Assembly: GCA_022779305.1 (NCBI GenBank)
Contig: JALFSW010000057.1
Coordinates: 11,910 to 75,909 of the forward strand
Direction of reading: 5' to 3'
Origin: Prevotella sp.
GTDB taxonomy: Bacteria; Bacteroidota; Bacteroidia; Bacteroidales; Bacteroidaceae
DNA: 64,000 nucleotides
In this document: piece after piece, positions 53,793-63,875 of the stretch
How positions within the stretch are numbered: position 1 is the first letter of the stretch
How the letters are laid out: each line of letters starts with the position of its first letter
The notes under the pieces: model-generated
What the model was told of the DNA's origin: nothing
Databases searched by the model: none
The model's input: only the letters and a program-made list of their open reading frames with translations
Position numbers and translations under genes: made by a program

Positions 53793-55262
53793 TTAGTTTT
53801 TAATTCTTGCTTTACCAATACACCCATTGGGCATCTGTATCTTTACCATCGCACAGATGGTTGCCGCAATGTCGTTAATGGTTACTTCCTCATTCGATTG
53901 CCCTGATTTCACGTTCCATCCATACATCAGCCATGGAATGTGCGTATCATAGGGGAATGGCTGTCCATGCGTGGTTCCAATGTAGTCTGGTGAGTTTTTT
54001 GCACCAAAGAATTGTGGGCGTGTTACGACGCCAATCTCACCTGAACGATGGCGGATATAACCATTTTCCATGCGCTCTTTAATGAACGATGGCATTGTTT
54101 CATTTGCAACATTTTCTTCGTTGAATACATAGAGATATTGGGGATCCTTTTTCAGAAATTCCACCGCTGCTTCAATGACATCTTCTTTTTCTTTACCAGC
54201 CTTTTCGATGATGGCATCATTGAAATAGAATTGATAGTTGTCTTCACCCATTACAGGTTGAACACCAAATTTCCCTTGTAAATATTCATTTAACTTTGCA
54301 ACACTCTTCTTATATTCCCATGCTCCTGCTGGTATGCGGTTGCGTTTAAGGAAGTTGTAGTTATGAGCTGCACCATGGTCTGCTGTTAGGAAAAGTAGAT
54401 AGTTTCCTTTGCCCACCTTTTCATCAAGAACTTTAAGAAAACGTGCTAAATCTTTATCTAACTGCATATAAACGCTTTTATTTTCTTTTCCTCTCGTTCC
54501 ATACGTATGACCGATAGCATCTGTAGAGGAAACGCTTATAGCTAATAAGTCGGTTTCCGTTCCCTGTCCGAGCTTTTCATTTTCTAAGACTGCTTCAGCC
54601 ATCTTGAAAGTCATTGCAACTCCCAAATCATTGGTTTTGATATTGAAGTTAGGCTTTGTTTTGTTTTGCTCGTTGAAATTTTTCACCCATTGGGGGAGTT
54701 CTTGCATATAAAATGTAGAACTAATGAAATGTCCTGCCGATGTGTCCCACCAATAGGCTGCATTTGCTGCGTGTCCAGCTGGGAGAATTGCGGCTCTGTC
54801 TTTCAATGCAACGCCCACCACTTTTGAACGGAAATCAGTTGCCAATTTCAGTTGGTCGCCAATGGTCGTAGCAAGTAAGCGATGTGGACTCATTTCTCCC
54901 TCTTTGCTACCAGAACCTACTGTCTTAACGCTATGGTCTTCGCAGGCATAAACCAATGTGTCGTTTTGGTAAAAATAGTTTCCTGCAATTCCGTGAAGTG
55001 CAGGTACTGAGCCGGTGTAAACCGAAGCATGACCAATCGCCGTTACCGTAGGTGCGTAATTGATGTGCATGTTTTCAAACGAAAAACCATCTGAAAGCAA
55101 TCTTCGAAGTCCATCGTTTCCATAATCGTTGTAGTAATAATAAAGATAGTCCCATCGCATTTGGTCTACTACCAAACCTACAACGAGTTTCGGACGAGAA
55201 ATTTGTGCTTGAATAGTGAGCGACAAAGCAAATGCAAGTGCCGCCAATAATCTTTTTTTCAT
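53793..55262 (-). CDS. secreted alkaline phosphatase / nucleotide pyrophosphatase family protein (PafA-like)
   Basis: Signal peptide, then VVDQMRWDY (metal Asp), PTVTAIGHAS (nucleophile Thr) and LTADHGAAHN. Confidence 0.8.
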   Translation of the reverse strand: MKKRLLAALAFALSLTIQAQISRPKLVVGLVVDQMRWDYLYYYYNDYGNDGLRRLLSDGFSFENMHINYAPTVTAIGHASVYTGSVPALHGIAGNYFYQNDTLVYACEDHSVKTVGSGSKEGEMSPHRLLATTIGDQLKLATDFRSKVVGVALKDRAAILPAGHAANAAYWWDTSAGHFISSTFYMQELPQWVKNFNEQNKTKPNFNIKTNDLGVAMTFKMAEAVLENEKLGQGTETDLLAISVSSTDAIGHTYGTRGKENKSVYMQLDKDLARFLKVLDEKVGKGNYLLFLTADHGAAHNYNFLKRNRIPAGAWEYKKSVAKLNEYLQGKFGVQPVMGEDNYQFYFNDAIIEKAGKEKEDVIEAAVEFLKKDPQYLYVFNEENVANETMPSFIKERMENGYIRHRSGEIGVVTRPQFFGAKNSPDYIGTTHGQPFPYDTHIPWLMYGWNVKSGQSNEEVTINDIAATICAMVKIQMPNGCIGKARIKN

Positions 55263-55310
55263 TTGTTTTTCTTTTTTCAGCTGTCTGCAAAGATACGATA
55301 AAATTATGAT

Positions 55311-56162
55311 TTATTCGAGAGAAAAATATTTTTTTATGGCAGCTATGTTTTTTTGTGCTGTTGCCCTGCCTATTTCATAAGTTTTTTCCATTTGTGTTGA
55401 GTCATGAGAAATATGCCCAATTTCCAACTTCTCTTCTGGGCACAAAACAAAAACATTCCCTTTTCTTTCTTCTTCTCTGACATATGCTGTTTGTGCATTA
55501 TACATAATATGTCGTTCTTTTAATGCTTTAATAAAATTTGGATAACTTCTTAGTTGTAACTTAATTAGGGGAATGAGTTTATTTGTTTCTTTTTGATAGT
55601 TTTCTGGTTGCGTCAACACAACAAGGTTTCTATCGTAACCCCTTTCTTGGAAAAATCGCAAAGGGATGGAATCTGAAATTCCTCCGTCAAGCATTTCGTC
55701 ATTACCCACTTTCACCACTTTTGATACCAAAGGCATTGAAGCCGATGCACGAATATATTCTCGTTCTGTGTAATCACAAGTATGCAAGGTGCGATAGAGC
55801 GGCTTTCCCGTTCTCACATCTGTACAAACAATCCAAAACTCCATTGGGTTTTCTTGGAAAGTTTGAAAATCAAATGGGTCTAATTTCGTTGGCAATGTGT
55901 GATAAGCAAATGTTCCTCCAAAATAGTTTCCCGTGAGAAAGAACGATCGCCATGATGCGTAACGCCAATTTTGAGCAAATCGCTTGTTGTATCTGATGAC
56001 ACGTCCAGCCTGTTTTGATTTGAAATTACAACCAAATGCAGCCCCTGCCGACACACCTATTGCGCCATCAAACTCAATGCCTTCTTCTTGTAGAACGTCT
56101 GTTATGCCTGCCGAAAAGAGTCCACGCATGGCACCTCCTTCGAGAATCAATCCTTTTTTCAT
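55311..56162 (-). CDS. patatin-like phospholipase
   Basis: Motifs GGAMRG (oxyanion hole), GVSAGA (GxSxG) and LDGGISD (catalytic Asp). Confidence 0.9.
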   Translation of the reverse strand: MKKGLILEGGAMRGLFSAGITDVLQEEGIEFDGAIGVSAGAAFGCNFKSKQAGRVIRYNKRFAQNWRYASWRSFFLTGNYFGGTFAYHTLPTKLDPFDFQTFQENPMEFWIVCTDVRTGKPLYRTLHTCDYTEREYIRASASMPLVSKVVKVGNDEMLDGGISDSIPLRFFQERGYDRNLVVLTQPENYQKETNKLIPLIKLQLRSYPNFIKALKERHIMYNAQTAYVREEERKGNVFVLCPEEKLEIGHISHDSTQMEKTYEIGRATAQKNIAAIKKYFSLE

Positions 56163-56340
56163 CTGTCCTTTGTCTTCTCTTTATTTTTTCAATAACCCTT
56201 CATCAAACCCAAATCCTAGGGGGCTTTTTATTTTATTTCTTTACTTCCCAACGGCTTGCATCCGTTTGGTCTTTAATGACCAAATTGGGTTAAAGAAAAA
56301 AATCACTTTAAATGCTTCCTTCATCTGGTCATATGTCTTG

Positions 56341-56348
56341 CAAAGATA
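56341..56348 (-). promoter_or_regulatory. Bacteroidota -7 promoter box (TATCTTTG on the minus strand), candidate patatin promoter
   Basis: Reverse complement of caaagata, about 180 nt upstream of the ATG at 56162 and inside the MITE-like element. Confidence 0.4.
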
Positions 56349-56439
56349 GGTTATTTTTAGCAAACAAAGAAAACAAAATAAGAGATAGGAAAATTTATTT
56401 TTGTAATAAGCTGATTTTCAATTACTTTAAAATAGTTCA

Positions 56440-56529
56440 GCGAGTGTACTATACTTGTGCTTTAAGTGAGCCTTATTTGTGATCCAACCGAGGCTCAGTT
56501 GCAACCTAACTAAGGCTCAGTTAGAAAAG
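56440..56529. repeat. palindromic-unit repeat cluster, locus E
   Basis: The units are gcgagtgtactatacttgt, gctttaagtgagccttatttgtgat, ccaaccgaggctcagttgcaac and ctaactaaggctcagttagaaaag. Confidence 0.8.
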
Positions 56530-56833
56530 AGTTGTTTCAGGATGAGGGAGAAATTAAATCTAAATTGGTCATTAGACCGCTATGGGCTTCTTTATTATTT
56601 GCTTATTCATTTCCTTTGATTAAAGAAAAAGCCTTGACTGATATCACATCAACCAAGGTTTCAATACTAAAACTAAATTAACCACTAAAAAAACTAATGC
56701 AAAAATACAATAATTTAGCCATAATCCAAACGAAAAATTTCCTATTTATTTGTATATTTTTCTTTTTGAGCTTTATACTTTCTTCTTTAGACAATTTAAG
56801 ACAGAATAATTTTGACAATTCTTTAATTTGAGC

Positions 56834-56841
56834 TATCTTTG
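56834..56841 (+). promoter_or_regulatory. Bacteroidota -7 promoter box (TATCTTTG)
   Basis: Perfect TAnnTTTG match, 87 nt upstream of the ATG at 56928. Confidence 0.45.
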
Positions 56842-56927
56842 CAAGATGATTTGACAGAGGCAGAAGATTTGGTGTCTGACGCATTGGCAATATTTTTGCT
56901 TCTATCAATGGAATTTTGAAAAAAAGA

Positions 56928-59231
56928 ATGAGAAGACATTTCATACATATTCTTTGGGGAACGCTCTTGCTTATCATAGGCTTTGTGAGTATTTTTTTCG
57001 TCTCGGTGTGGAACGGATGGATTGGTTATATGCCTGATATGGAAGAACTTTCTAATCCCATAGATAAATTTGCATCACAAATATATTCTGCCGATGGGAA
57101 GCTCGTTGGCACTTGGAGTCAAGACAATGCTAACCGAGTTGCCATTGATTATAACAATCTTTCGCCCCATTTGGTGCATGCACTTGTTGCAACAGAAGAT
57201 GAGCGATTTTATGAACATTCTGGTATTGACTTTATTGCTTTAGGAAGAGCGGTAGTGAAGCGAGGTGTGATGCGTCAGGCGAGTGCGGGAGGAGGTTCAA
57301 CGATTACCCAACAATTGGCAAAACAAGTCTATTCTGAAAAAGCCCATAACACGCTTGAACGTTTGTTACAAAAGCCCATTGAGTGGGTCATTGCCGTGAA
57401 GCTGGAACGCTATTTCACAAAAGAGGAAATCATTGCTATGTATTTTAATTATTTTGACTTCCTCTATAATGCTGTGGGTATAAAGCGGGCTGCCAATATT
57501 TATTTTAACAAAGAGCCAAGACATCTTTCGATTACTGAAGCTGCAACATTGGTGGGACTTTGTAAAAATCCATCTTACTTCAATCCGATGCGCAACGGGG
57601 AACGTTGCATTACACGTCGCAACGTGGTGCTTGCACAGATGCAAAAATGTGGTTACATAACACGTGAAGAATTAAACGAACTTATGCAGCGTCCGTTGGG
57701 TGTGGAGTTCACGAGAAACAAAAGTGAAGATGGAGCCGGAAATTATTTTCAAGCCTTTCTCCGTCAATATATGATGGCAAAGAAGCCCGACCGTGAGAAT
57801 TATCCGTCATGGAAAGAACGCGAGTTTGTTATCGACTCGGTGGCGTGGGAGCAAGATCCACTTTATGGGTGGTGTAACAAAAATCAAAAGCGCAATGGAG
57901 AAAACTATAACGTTAATACAGATGGTTTGCGAATCTTTACGACCATTGACACACGGATGCAGGGTTATGCTGAGAAAGCGGTAGAGAAACACATGGGTGG
58001 TTATTTGCAAAAAGAATTCGACAAGGCAAATGCCTATAAACCATCGGCACCTTTTTCATCAAATATTTCACGTGCTACGATTAAATCTATTTTGAACAGA
58101 GCCTGCAAACAAAGCACTCGTTACTTGCGACTAAAGGAACAAGGGGCTACGGCAGAAGAAATAAAGCGCAGTTTCCGCACACCACAAAAGATGAATGTCT
58201 TCACTTATCATGGAATCGTGGACACGATCATGACACCTATTGACTCCATCTTATATTATAAACGTATTTTGCGGGCAGGTTTTATGAGTATGGACGTGCA
58301 TACGGGAGCTGTGAAAGCCTATGTGGGAGGCATTGATTATGATCATTTTAAATATGATATGGTGATGGGAGGGCGTCGACAAGTTGGTTCAACTATCAAA
58401 CCTTATTTGTATGCGTTGGCAATGCAAAATGGAATGACGCCTTGTACCACTGCGCCCAACAGACAGCGGACTTATGGCGGATGGACACCGCGAAATGGTT
58501 CACGTGCCAGATATGGACAAAACGTTACTTTGAGATGGGGCTTGCAGCAGTCAAACAACTGGATTTCTGCCTATCTCATCAATCTACTTGGTCCAATGCA
58601 GTTTGTAAATATTCTTTATGATTTTGGTTTCCACAATCCAGACATTGCCAAAAACGCCTCGCCTGTACTTTGCTTAGGTCCATCGGAATTGTCGATAGGG
58701 GAGATGTGTAGTGCATATACGGCCTTTGTAAATCACGGTGTACGATGCGCACCATTGTTTGTTACAAAGATTGAAGATAGTTATGGTAATATTATCGCTG
58801 AATTTCAACCCCTGATGAATGAAGTCATATCGCCAGAAAGCTCTTATAAAATGCTGAATATGTTGCAAGCCGTAGTAGATGGCGGAACGGGTGGACGTCT
58901 GCGGGGAGCCTATGGGCTAAAAGGAGAAATTGGCGGAAAGACAGGTACAACGAACAATAACTCGGATGGGTGGTTTATGGGTTTCACGCCTCAATTGGTG
59001 AACGGCGTTTGGGTGGGCGGTGAAGACCGCGACATTCACTTCGATTCAAACTCTATGGGGCAAGGCGCAACCATGGCATTGCCCATTTGGGCATATTTCA
59101 TGCAAATGGTCTATGCAGATAAGTCCTTGGGGTATTCTACTGATGTGAAATTCGATATTCCAAAAGATTTTGATCCATGCGAATCGACAGAACACATATC
59201 CATTAATGGTATTCAAGAAGTTTATTTTTGA
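56928..59231 (+). CDS. class A penicillin-binding protein (PBP1A-type transglycosylase / transpeptidase)
   Basis: GT51 motifs EDERFYEHSGID and GGSTITQQLAK. Transpeptidase motifs STIKP and KTGTT. First ATG at 56928; the track ORF starts on TTG at 56916. Confidence 0.93.
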   Translation: MRRHFIHILWGTLLLIIGFVSIFFVSVWNGWIGYMPDMEELSNPIDKFASQIYSADGKLVGTWSQDNANRVAIDYNNLSPHLVHALVATEDERFYEHSGIDFIALGRAVVKRGVMRQASAGGGSTITQQLAKQVYSEKAHNTLERLLQKPIEWVIAVKLERYFTKEEIIAMYFNYFDFLYNAVGIKRAANIYFNKEPRHLSITEAATLVGLCKNPSYFNPMRNGERCITRRNVVLAQMQKCGYITREELNELMQRPLGVEFTRNKSEDGAGNYFQAFLRQYMMAKKPDRENYPSWKEREFVIDSVAWEQDPLYGWCNKNQKRNGENYNVNTDGLRIFTTIDTRMQGYAEKAVEKHMGGYLQKEFDKANAYKPSAPFSSNISRATIKSILNRACKQSTRYLRLKEQGATAEEIKRSFRTPQKMNVFTYHGIVDTIMTPIDSILYYKRILRAGFMSMDVHTGAVKAYVGGIDYDHFKYDMVMGGRRQVGSTIKPYLYALAMQNGMTPCTTAPNRQRTYGGWTPRNGSRARYGQNVTLRWGLQQSNNWISAYLINLLGPMQFVNILYDFGFHNPDIAKNASPVLCLGPSELSIGEMCSAYTAFVNHGVRCAPLFVTKIEDSYGNIIAEFQPLMNEVISPESSYKMLNMLQAVVDGGTGGRLRGAYGLKGEIGGKTGTTNNNSDGWFMGFTPQLVNGVWVGGEDRDIHFDSNSMGQGATMALPIWAYFMQMVYADKSLGYSTDVKFDIPKDFDPCESTEHISINGIQEVYF

Positions 59232-59251
59232 TCAACAAAGGAGGGAACAAT

Positions 59252-60046
59252 ATGACAAAACGATTAGGATATGTGCTGGCTGTTTTTATAATGCTCCAAA
59301 GTCTTGCAACGGTTGCAAGAGAATGGAAAGCTGCAGACATTCCAATGGTTCATTTGCAAAATGAAAAGAAATATGTGTGTGATCCAGAGGGAATTATGTC
59401 TCAGGAGATGCGCGACTCTACGGATTTCTATCTGCATAAATTAAAGAAGGAAAAGAAGGTAGAAAGTGTGTTTGTCATCGTTTCTAATGTGGAGAATGCC
59501 GATGTTTTTAGAGTTGCACAAGACATCGGCAATCAATATGGTGTGGGTGACAAGAAGACGAATCGTGGATTGGTAGTTGTCTTAGCATTGAAAGATCGCA
59601 AATATTTCATAGCTCCGGGTGAAGGATTGGAAGACGAACTAACCGATATTGAGTGTGATGAGATTGCACGTGCGTGCATCGTGAAGCATATGCGACTTGG
59701 AAAGCCTGATATGGCGATGCTGAGCACAGCGAAAATACTCTACAGGAAATTTAAAACAGGAGAAACAGGATTAGAAAACGGAAAAAGTTCTTTACTTGAA
59801 ATCGTGTTTGCAAGTTTTCTCATAGGTGTCGTAGTATTTTGGTTTGTCATTATTTTTTCTAAGAAAAATGGGAACAATGGGAACAATGGCAATCGCAATG
59901 CAAACAGAATGAAAGGCTTTGGACCAATATTTTTTGGTAATCCAGGACACCTCAACGACTCAAGTTTCGGAGGCGGAGGTTTTTCTTCGGGTGGAAGTTT
60001 TGGCGGCGGCAGCTTTGGTGGCGGTGGTTCAGGTGGTAGTTGGTAA
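59252..60046 (+). CDS. TPM-domain protein (YgcG-like) with TM helix and Gly-rich tail
   Basis: Signal or anchor, a TPM-like phosphatase fold region, TM helix FASFLIGVVVFWFVIIF, and C-terminal GGGGFSSGGSFGGGSFGGGGSGGSW. Confidence 0.7.
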   Translation: MTKRLGYVLAVFIMLQSLATVAREWKAADIPMVHLQNEKKYVCDPEGIMSQEMRDSTDFYLHKLKKEKKVESVFVIVSNVENADVFRVAQDIGNQYGVGDKKTNRGLVVVLALKDRKYFIAPGEGLEDELTDIECDEIARACIVKHMRLGKPDMAMLSTAKILYRKFKTGETGLENGKSSLLEIVFASFLIGVVVFWFVIIFSKKNGNNGNNGNRNANRMKGFGPIFFGNPGHLNDSSFGGGGFSSGGSFGGGSFGGGGSGGSW

Positions 60047-60089
60047 GCAAAAGAAGTATCAAAGATTAATTCATAAATAATTGTTACAG

Positions 60090-60677
60090 ATGAAAATGAA
60101 AAAAACAGGAATTATATTAATAGGTGTAGCCGTAGTAATTGCAATTTGGCTGTTTTCTGGCTATAATGGTATGGTGGAGAAAGAAGAAGCTGCCACAACC
60201 TCATTGAGCAATATTGAAGCTGCTTATCAGCGACGTGCAGACATGCTTCCTCAACTTGTGAAAACTGTTAAAGCCTATGCCAAACATGAAAAGGAAACCT
60301 TTGAGAATGTAGCTAAAGCACGCAATCTTGCAACCCAAATACACTTAGATGGCGAAAATCTCACACCAGAGAAGTTGGCAAAGTTTGATGCTGCACAAAA
60401 TCAGATAGCACAAGCACTTTCAAGACTGATATCTATCACCGAAAATTATCCAGAGCTAAAAGCAAACGAAAACTTTCGGTCATTGCAGGTGCAGGTTGAA
60501 GGAACTGAAAATCGTATTAACGAAGCACGCAGAGATTATAATGCAAAAGTTCAAGCATATAATACAAGTATTCGACGCTTCCCAAACACCATCGTAGCAG
60601 GTTTGTTTGGCTTTGAGAAGATGGCAAAGTTTGAAGCCAGTGCTGGGGCAGAAAAAGCACCCGATTTGGACATATAA
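60090..60677 (+). CDS. LemA-family protein
   Basis: N-terminal TM, YNGMVEKEE...AYQRRADMLPQLV and the ENRINEARRDYN pattern of LemA. ATG at 60090. Confidence 0.88.
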   Translation: MKMKKTGIILIGVAVVIAIWLFSGYNGMVEKEEAATTSLSNIEAAYQRRADMLPQLVKTVKAYAKHEKETFENVAKARNLATQIHLDGENLTPEKLAKFDAAQNQIAQALSRLISITENYPELKANENFRSLQVQVEGTENRINEARRDYNAKVQAYNTSIRRFPNTIVAGLFGFEKMAKFEASAGAEKAPDLDI

Positions 60678-60798
60678 TGAGCTTGTTTTGGCGAAAATAG
60701 AGTGGGGAGGGATATGAAAATCTGTTAGAAGTTCTCTTCGGTCTATCAAGCGGAAATACATAAATATCATGCAGGTATAAATAAATAAGCATAAAGAT

Positions 60799-61635
60799 AT
60801 GAAGGCAAGACGTTTTTGGATTGCAACAGCATTTCTATTTTTGTTTAACATCATGGGCATAGTAGCAGAGGAACAGCCTACAAATATGCCCTCAAAAAGT
60901 CGCATTGCAGCTACTCCACCAATGCATGGGGAGAAGAACATGCAGCAGGTAGAGAATGTGGGCAATGCAGAGATGTCACCAAAAGAACCATCCGCAAGTG
61001 GATTTCATCAGTTGTTGAAGCAAAAATTCATTGATGGTAATGCTGGGTTCATGTCATTGGTAGCCCTTGCATTGGTGCTCGGATTGGCATTCTGTATTGA
61101 ACGCATTATTTACTTGACACTTGCAGAAATCAATACAAAAAGCTTTCTTAGCAAGCTTGAAAAGTTTGTAAGCAATCATCAAATCGCTGAAGCCAAAGAA
61201 TTGTGTCGCAACACAAGAGGTCCTATAGCATCGCTGTGTTACCAGGGATTGATGCGCTTTGATCAACGCATAGAAGACATAGAACGCGGGATGATCGCCT
61301 ATGGCAACATTCAGAGTTCATACTTAGAGAAAGGTTGCTCATGGATAGCACTTTTCATCACGATGGCACCTTCATTGGGATTTTTGGGAACGGTGATTGG
61401 TATGGTAATTTCATTTGACCAAATTGAAATTGCAGGCGATATTAGCCCCACAATTGTGGCGTCTGGTATGAAAGTGGCACTGATAACAACCATCTTTGGC
61501 ATTATAGTTGCGTTGGTTTTGCAGCTCTTTTATAACTATATTCTCTTAAAGATTGATGGTTTGATTACTGAAATGGAAGAAACGATGATCTTCTTCTTAG
61601 ATCTCATTCAAAAAAACAAACACGCTAAATCATAA
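60799..61635 (+). CDS. exbB: MotA/TolQ/ExbB proton-channel protein
   Basis: Signal peptide and a ~90-aa N-terminal extension, then three TM helices with the APSLGFLGTVIGM signature. Confidence 0.85.
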   Translation: MKARRFWIATAFLFLFNIMGIVAEEQPTNMPSKSRIAATPPMHGEKNMQQVENVGNAEMSPKEPSASGFHQLLKQKFIDGNAGFMSLVALALVLGLAFCIERIIYLTLAEINTKSFLSKLEKFVSNHQIAEAKELCRNTRGPIASLCYQGLMRFDQRIEDIERGMIAYGNIQSSYLEKGCSWIALFITMAPSLGFLGTVIGMVISFDQIEIAGDISPTIVASGMKVALITTIFGIIVALVLQLFYNYILLKIDGLITEMEETMIFFLDLIQKNKHAKS

Positions 61636-61642
61636 TCAGAAA

Positions 61643-62143
61643 ATGAGAAAAAAGCAATCAATATCTCCTCAAACAATCTCGCAACGAGTGCTTTATGGGT
61701 TGATAGCATTCATTGCCATTGCTTTCGTTGCCTTTTTCTTTGTGGGTTTTAATGGCGCAGACAGTGGAAACGAACTCCTCGGTGCACCCTTATTGATAGA
61801 TATGCTCTTATATATGATATACAGTGTGTTGCTTAGCGCAGTTGGATGTATAGCATTTTCAAGCTGTAAATCAATTAAAAGTGCATTGAAAAATAAGCAA
61901 TCACATCAGTTTAACCGAGAACACAAAAACTCCTTTATCATTTTTGGAGGTTTGTTTTTATGCCTTTTCGTCAGCTATCTTTTAGCTCCATCGACTTCTT
62001 TTAGCCATAATGGGATGGTTTACGCAGACACGTTTTGGAATAAAATTGCTGATATGTTTGTAACTACATCCATCATAATTATGCTTCTTGCAGAGCTTTC
62101 AATGATGGTGAGTTTCATACTTTCGCACAAAAAACAGGAATAA
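61643..62143 (+). CDS. hypothetical four-TM membrane protein
   Basis: 166 aa with four hydrophobic helices, tightly packed between exbB and exbD (gaps of 7 and 4 nt). Confidence 0.6.
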   Translation: MRKKQSISPQTISQRVLYGLIAFIAIAFVAFFFVGFNGADSGNELLGAPLLIDMLLYMIYSVLLSAVGCIAFSSCKSIKSALKNKQSHQFNREHKNSFIIFGGLFLCLFVSYLLAPSTSFSHNGMVYADTFWNKIADMFVTTSIIIMLLAELSMMVSFILSHKKQE

Positions 62144-62147
62144 ACCA

Positions 62148-62684
62148 ATGTTCAAAAGAAGAAAGAAAGACATCCCGACGCTCAATACGTCATCGACGGC
62201 AGACATCTCGTTCATGCTGTTGATCTTTTTTCTTGTAACCATTTCGTTAGACAATTACAAAGGTATCTCACAGAAATTGCCCAAAATAACAAAGACGCCT
62301 CCGACGGAGAAAACAAGAATTGAAACACAGGCACTGCTTAGGCTACAAATAACAAAGACCAATGAGCTTTTCACGAATGATGAAAGGGCAAACGTGGCAA
62401 AATTGTCCGATAAGATTTTTCAATTCCTGAAGGAGCGTGAAAGCAACCATTTCATAGAATTAAAAATAGACAGACAAGCAAACTATGATGCTTATTTCAA
62501 GGTGCAAGACGAAATAGCCATTGCCTATGCGAGGTTCAAGGAAGAGCGTGCATTGCAGATTTACAACCTTTCTTTTACTCAACTCAGCATCGAAGAACAA
62601 AAAGACATTGAGAACACCTATCCCTTACATCTTTCAGAAATCTACGAAGAAAACATTTTTGGCGTGAAAGGAGAAGCAGAATGA
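62148..62684 (+). CDS. exbD: ExbD/TolR biopolymer transport protein
   Basis: N-terminal signature LNTSSTADISFMLLIFFLVT. Confidence 0.85.
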   Translation: MFKRRKKDIPTLNTSSTADISFMLLIFFLVTISLDNYKGISQKLPKITKTPPTEKTRIETQALLRLQITKTNELFTNDERANVAKLSDKIFQFLKERESNHFIELKIDRQANYDAYFKVQDEIAIAYARFKEERALQIYNLSFTQLSIEEQKDIENTYPLHLSEIYEENIFGVKGEAE

Positions 62685-63151
62685 TATTCAAACGCAGAAA
62701 AAACAGAGAGATTCCTTCGCTCAACACATCGTCGTTACCCGACCTTATTTTCACGATTCTTTTCTTTTTTATGCTGGTCACGCAGATGAGAAAAGTTCCG
62801 CAGATGACCGACTATGTCCTGCCCGAAGGTAAAGAACTCAATGGATTATCAAAGAAAACAATGGTTTTCAATATCTATATAGGTCACCCTAAATCGCCTG
62901 CGTCTTTTGCTGATAACAACACAAAACCTTTGCAGGTTCAAATCAATGATAAAATCATATATCAAAAGGACATCGAACAACACTTGAAAATAGAATTATC
63001 AAAATTAAACAATACGGAAAAAGCCAACCTAAGATTTAATATTTCAGCCGACAAAGACACTCCAATGGGCGTAATCATAGACCTAAAACAAACACTGCGA
63101 AGATTAAATCAAGTGAACATACACTATGCTGGGAAGACAGAAAAGCAATAA
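62681..63151 (+). CDS. exbD: ExbD/TolR biopolymer transport protein (second copy)
   Basis: Signature LNTSSLPDLIFTILFFFMLVT. Its start overlaps the previous stop (ATGA). Confidence 0.85.
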   Translation: MIFKRRKNREIPSLNTSSLPDLIFTILFFFMLVTQMRKVPQMTDYVLPEGKELNGLSKKTMVFNIYIGHPKSPASFADNNTKPLQVQINDKIIYQKDIEQHLKIELSKLNNTEKANLRFNISADKDTPMGVIIDLKQTLRRLNQVNIHYAGKTEKQ

Positions 63152-63359
63152 AAAACTTTTTCCAGCACCATCCTTTCATAGCCCTTAAACAGGCTAATGA
63201 GCAATAAGAAACACGAGATATCGAAAAACGATAGTACTTTTTTTTAATATTTCATTTTCAATGATTTACAAAGATGCTCAAAATAGAGAAGAAATCCATA
63301 AGATTTGATGTGATTTTTGCTGCAGAAAACTCATTCAATAGGTCAATTTCATTTAGCCA

Positions 63360-63875
63360 TTAAGAAACGCCTTCCAATTCCAGTAGCATCCGCTTAGCAT
63401 CCAAACCTCCGGCAAAGCCTGTCAGCGACCCATTATTACCGATGACCCGATGGCAGGGTGTAAAGATTGCTATCGCATTGGCTCCGTTGGCATTGGCAAC
63501 AGCACGCACGGCTTTAGGAAGACCGAGTCGTTGTGCCATTTCGCTGTAAGAGATAGTCTTACCAAAAGGTACTGTCAATAATTCATTCCACACCATCTTC
63601 TGAAAATCCGTACCAACAAACAGCAATGGAACATCGAACGCTTTTCGTTTTCCTGCAAAAAAATCATCAAGTTGCTGCGAAGCTTGTTCTATTACATCAG
63701 ACGTACCCTCTTTAAACTCGGCTTTCAATGTGCGTTTCAGTCGGTTGTTTACTATATTTATTCGTTTCTCCCTCTGCCAGTCGCACAGACAAAGCTTTCC
63801 TTTGAACGAACCAAGTATCAGTCTTCCGCATGGCGACTCATAATATTTAATGTGGATGACATTCTTCTCTTGCAT
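63360..63875 (-). CDS. ogt: methylated-DNA--protein-cysteine methyltransferase
   Basis: Active site FTPCHRVIG and the helix-turn-helix region [11 protein letters not shown]. Confidence 0.92.
   Translation of the reverse strand: MQEKNVIHIKYYESPCGRLILGSFKGKLCLCDWQREKRINIVNNRLKRTLKAEFKEGTSDVIEQASQQLDDFFAGKRKAFDVPLLFVGTDFQKMVWNELLTVPFGKTISYSEMAQRLGLPKAVRAVANANGANAIAIFTPCHRVIGNNGSLTGFAGGLDAKRMLLELEGVS

Larger units (their letters stand above)
56268..56580. mobile_element. candidate ~313-bp MITE-like element: imperfect inverted terminal motifs bracketing repeat locus E
   Basis: The left end is ggtctttaatgaccaaattgggttaaag (56268-56295). The right end is ctaaattggtcattagaccgc (56560-56580), its inverted counterpart. 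No coding capacity lies between them. Confidence 0.4.

Noticed and set aside
56678-56977. 99-aa minus-strand ORF upstream of the PBP gene
   Set aside because: It overlaps the PBP promoter box and start codon, its composition is lysine- and isoleucine-rich like AT-rich non-coding DNA, and it has no motif.
59868-60043. Short tandem repeats in the TPM gene (aatgggaac x2-3 and GGN runs)
   Set aside because: They encode the Asn/Gly-rich and Gly-rich low-complexity tail typical of this protein family. They are coding low complexity, not a separate element.
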